From contig JBBRLJ010000056.1 of the NCBI GenBank assembly GCA_038231435.1, forward strand, positions 1 to 27,732: a stretch of 27,732 bases of DNA. The letters run 5' to 3'. Of this stretch, positions 25,817 to 27,732 are shown piece by piece. The position numbers and the translations under genes are program-made. Numbering within the stretch: position 1 is the first letter of the stretch; the number at the start of each line of letters is the position of its first letter. Under the pieces are notes generated by a model that made no database searches, was not told where the DNA came from, and saw only the letters and a list, made by a program, of their open reading frames with translations. The DNA comes from Planctomycetota bacterium (GTDB lineage: Bacteria > Planctomycetota > UBA11346).

Positions 25817-26809
25817 ATGCGTATTCGCTGGCGCGGCTTCGAACTCCCCACCCGTGTCGAGAAGACCGACGGTTCGGGCCTTCCCAATTATGCGAAATTC
25901 CACGCCGAACCATTCGAGCGCGGCTTCGCGACCACCATCGGCAACGGCCTGCGCCGCGTGCTGCTCTCGTCGATCCAGGGCGCCTCGGTGCGCTCGATCC
26001 GCATCCAGGGCGCCAACAACGAGTTCACCTCGCTCGACGGCGTGATGGAGGACGTGACCCATATCATCCTCAACATCAAGCGCCTGCGCCTGCGCTTGCA
26101 CAGCGACGAGAACGTCGTCATCCGCCTCGAGAAGTCGAACGCGGGCCCGGTCACCGCCGGCGACATCACGCCCCACCAGGACGTCGAGGTCATCAATCCC
26201 GAACTCGTGATCGCCACGCTCACCAAGGACGTGCGCTTCGTGCTCGAGATGGACGTCGGCAGCGGCCGCGGCTTCGTACCCGCCGAATCGCAGCGCATCG
26301 ATGGCACGCCGCTCGGCACCATCGCCATCGACTCGATCTACTCGCCCGTGCAGCGCTGCGCCTTCCATGTCGCCAGCACCCGCCTGGGCAAGCGCACGGA
26401 TTTCGAGGCGCTCGACCTCGAGGTCTGGACCGACGGCTCGATCACCCCCGAACTCGCCCTGGTCGAGGCCACCAACATCCTGCGCAAGCACCTGAATCCG
26501 TTCGTGAAGTACTTCGAGATCGGCCGCGACTTCGAGGGCACTGGCTCCACCGACCTCATCATCGAGGGCGACGGCGAGCGCACCGCGATGCTGGCCAAGC
26601 AGATCTCGTCGATCGATCTCAGCGTCCGCACCGAGAACGCGCTGCGCGCCGCCAACATCAAGCTCGTCGCCGATCTGGTGCAGATGGACGAGCCCGAGGT
26701 CGCGGCCATCCGCAATCTCGGCAAGATCGCCACCAAGGAGCTGAAGAAGAAGCTGGCCGACCGCGGCCTCTCCTTCGGCATGCGCCTCGCCTCCAAGGCG
26801 GAAGCTTGA
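25817..26809 (+). CDS. rpoA: DNA-directed RNA polymerase subunit alpha
   Basis: EPFERGF.TTIGN.LRRVLLSS, GVMEDV, YSPV, LSVR..N.L. GGAG SD before ATG 25817. Confidence 0.99.
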   Translation: MRIRWRGFELPTRVEKTDGSGLPNYAKFHAEPFERGFATTIGNGLRRVLLSSIQGASVRSIRIQGANNEFTSLDGVMEDVTHIILNIKRLRLRLHSDENVVIRLEKSNAGPVTAGDITPHQDVEVINPELVIATLTKDVRFVLEMDVGSGRGFVPAESQRIDGTPLGTIAIDSIYSPVQRCAFHVASTRLGKRTDFEALDLEVWTDGSITPELALVEATNILRKHLNPFVKYFEIGRDFEGTGSTDLIIEGDGERTAMLAKQISSIDLSVRTENALRAANIKLVADLVQMDEPEVAAIRNLGKIATKELKKKLADRGLSFGMRLASKAEA

Positions 26810-26814
26810 GACCG

Positions 26815-26839
26815 GGGTCGGGGGCTCGGCCCCCGACCC
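26815..26839 (+). repeat. Short hairpin variant of the element (rpoA-rplQ)
   Basis: GGGTCGGGGGC-TCG-GCCCCCGACCC perfect 11-bp stem. Confidence 0.75.
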
Positions 26840-26893
26840 GTTGATTGGTTACAACAGCCCGCACGCGCGGGGAATTAGGAACGAGAGAATCTT

Positions 26894-27268
26894 ATGCGCC
26901 ACAAGATCGACCATCGGAAACTCGGACGCACCTCGGCGCATCGCCTGGCGATGCTGCGCAACATGGTGTGTTCGCTGATCGAGCACGGGCGCATCACCAC
27001 GACCATTCCCAAGGCGAAGGAGGCGCGCCGCTACGCCGAGAAGTGCATCACCATCGGCAAGAAGGCCGCCGCGGCGACCGAGCCGGCGAAGAAGCTGCAC
27101 TACCGGCGCCAGGCGATGACCGCCCTGCACGACGTCAGCGCCGTGAAGAAGCTCGTCGAGGAGGTCGCCCCGACCTACAAGGATCGCAAGGGCGGCTACA
27201 CCCGCGTCCTGCGCGCCGGCTTCCGTCTCGGCGATCATTCGCCGATCGCGATCTTCGAGCTCGTCTGA
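26894..27268 (+). CDS. rplQ: 50S ribosomal protein L17
   Basis: MRH..RKLGRTSAHR, ITTT.PKAKE, GGYTRV. Confidence 0.99.
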   Translation: MRHKIDHRKLGRTSAHRLAMLRNMVCSLIEHGRITTTIPKAKEARRYAEKCITIGKKAAAATEPAKKLHYRRQAMTALHDVSAVKKLVEEVAPTYKDRKGGYTRVLRAGFRLGDHSPIAIFELV

Positions 27269-27281
27269 CGTCATTGGCCCA

Positions 27282-27465
27282 GCGCGGCTTTGCCGCGCGC
27301 TCGCTTTGCTCGCATGTCCGCCTGCGGCGGACGGGCCCAGTCTACCTGGGGGGCACTTGCCCCCACTCCGCTCGTCCCTCGTTCCCCCCGCTCGCGCACT
27401 ACGCCGACGAGCGTGCTTGCGGCACGCCGCCCCGATGCGCGGGGCGGCTCGGCTGCGCCTCGCCA
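27282..27465. repeat. Cluster of short GC-rich palindromes downstream of rplQ
   Basis: GCGCGGC-TTT-GCCGCGC, TCCGCC-TGC-GGCGGA, GGGGGCA-CT-TGCCCCC, CGTGC-TTGCG-GCACG, CCGCCCCG-n5-CGGGGCGG. Confidence 0.6.
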
Positions 27466-27547
27466 TCTGCTGGCGCTCACAGTGTGCTTACTAACGGTGC
27501 CTTCGGATGTCGATCACGACGTCCAGCGGCGGCGCAGTGGCCGGGTG

Positions 27548-27732
27548 TCATGGCGATCTGCTGAGCAGGTCGATGGGATCGATGAGTACGACGCATCGAG
27601 CTGACTGTCGAGCTGGGCTATCATGGGCGCTGCGCAACTGGCTCTGCGCTTCGGCCCAGGACAGGAGCGGTTCGCGCTTGCTAGGAAGCGAGAACGGCGG
27701 CGCGCTGAAGATCAGCGGGAAGAGAGTGGAGA
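27548..27732 (-). CDS. Possible 3' end of a convergent gene entering from the right edge
   Basis: Open frame ..STLFPLIFSAPP..IDPIDLLSRSP* with mostly G/C third positions; no recognisable motif. Confidence 0.3.
   Translation of the reverse strand, partial: STLFPLIFSAPPFSLPSKREPLLSWAEAQSQLRSAHDSPARQSARCVVLIDPIDLLSRSP

Overview
High-GC bacterial chromosomal window, probably Planctomycetota (inferred from the RpoA N-terminus MRIRWRG, the absence of rpmD and the zinc-ribbon protein type). The right half (13188-27268, + strand) is the S10-spc-alpha ribosomal protein cluster, rpsJ to rplQ with secY, infA, rpmJ and rpoA. It lacks rpmD, adk, map and rpsD and is not preceded by the str operon; instead it lies back-to-back with metG. 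The left half holds unrelated genes: an HTTM-like membrane protein with an inserted DCC1-like CxxC domain, a triple zinc-ribbon membrane protein, a GH42 beta-galactosidase, a coupled pair of secreted proteins (one an alpha/beta hydrolase with Asp at the usual catalytic Ser position), a DinB protein, an orphan receiver and metG. Non-coding highlights are a 147-bp-period multi-hairpin tandem repeat at the left edge, a dispersed hairpin element in three consecutive alpha-operon junctions with an exact inverted copy 23 kb away, a leaderless-mRNA signature on three genes, and AACGAG-rich leaders. No transposase, CRISPR array, tRNA or rRNA was found, and I cannot support a complete novel multi-gene system.
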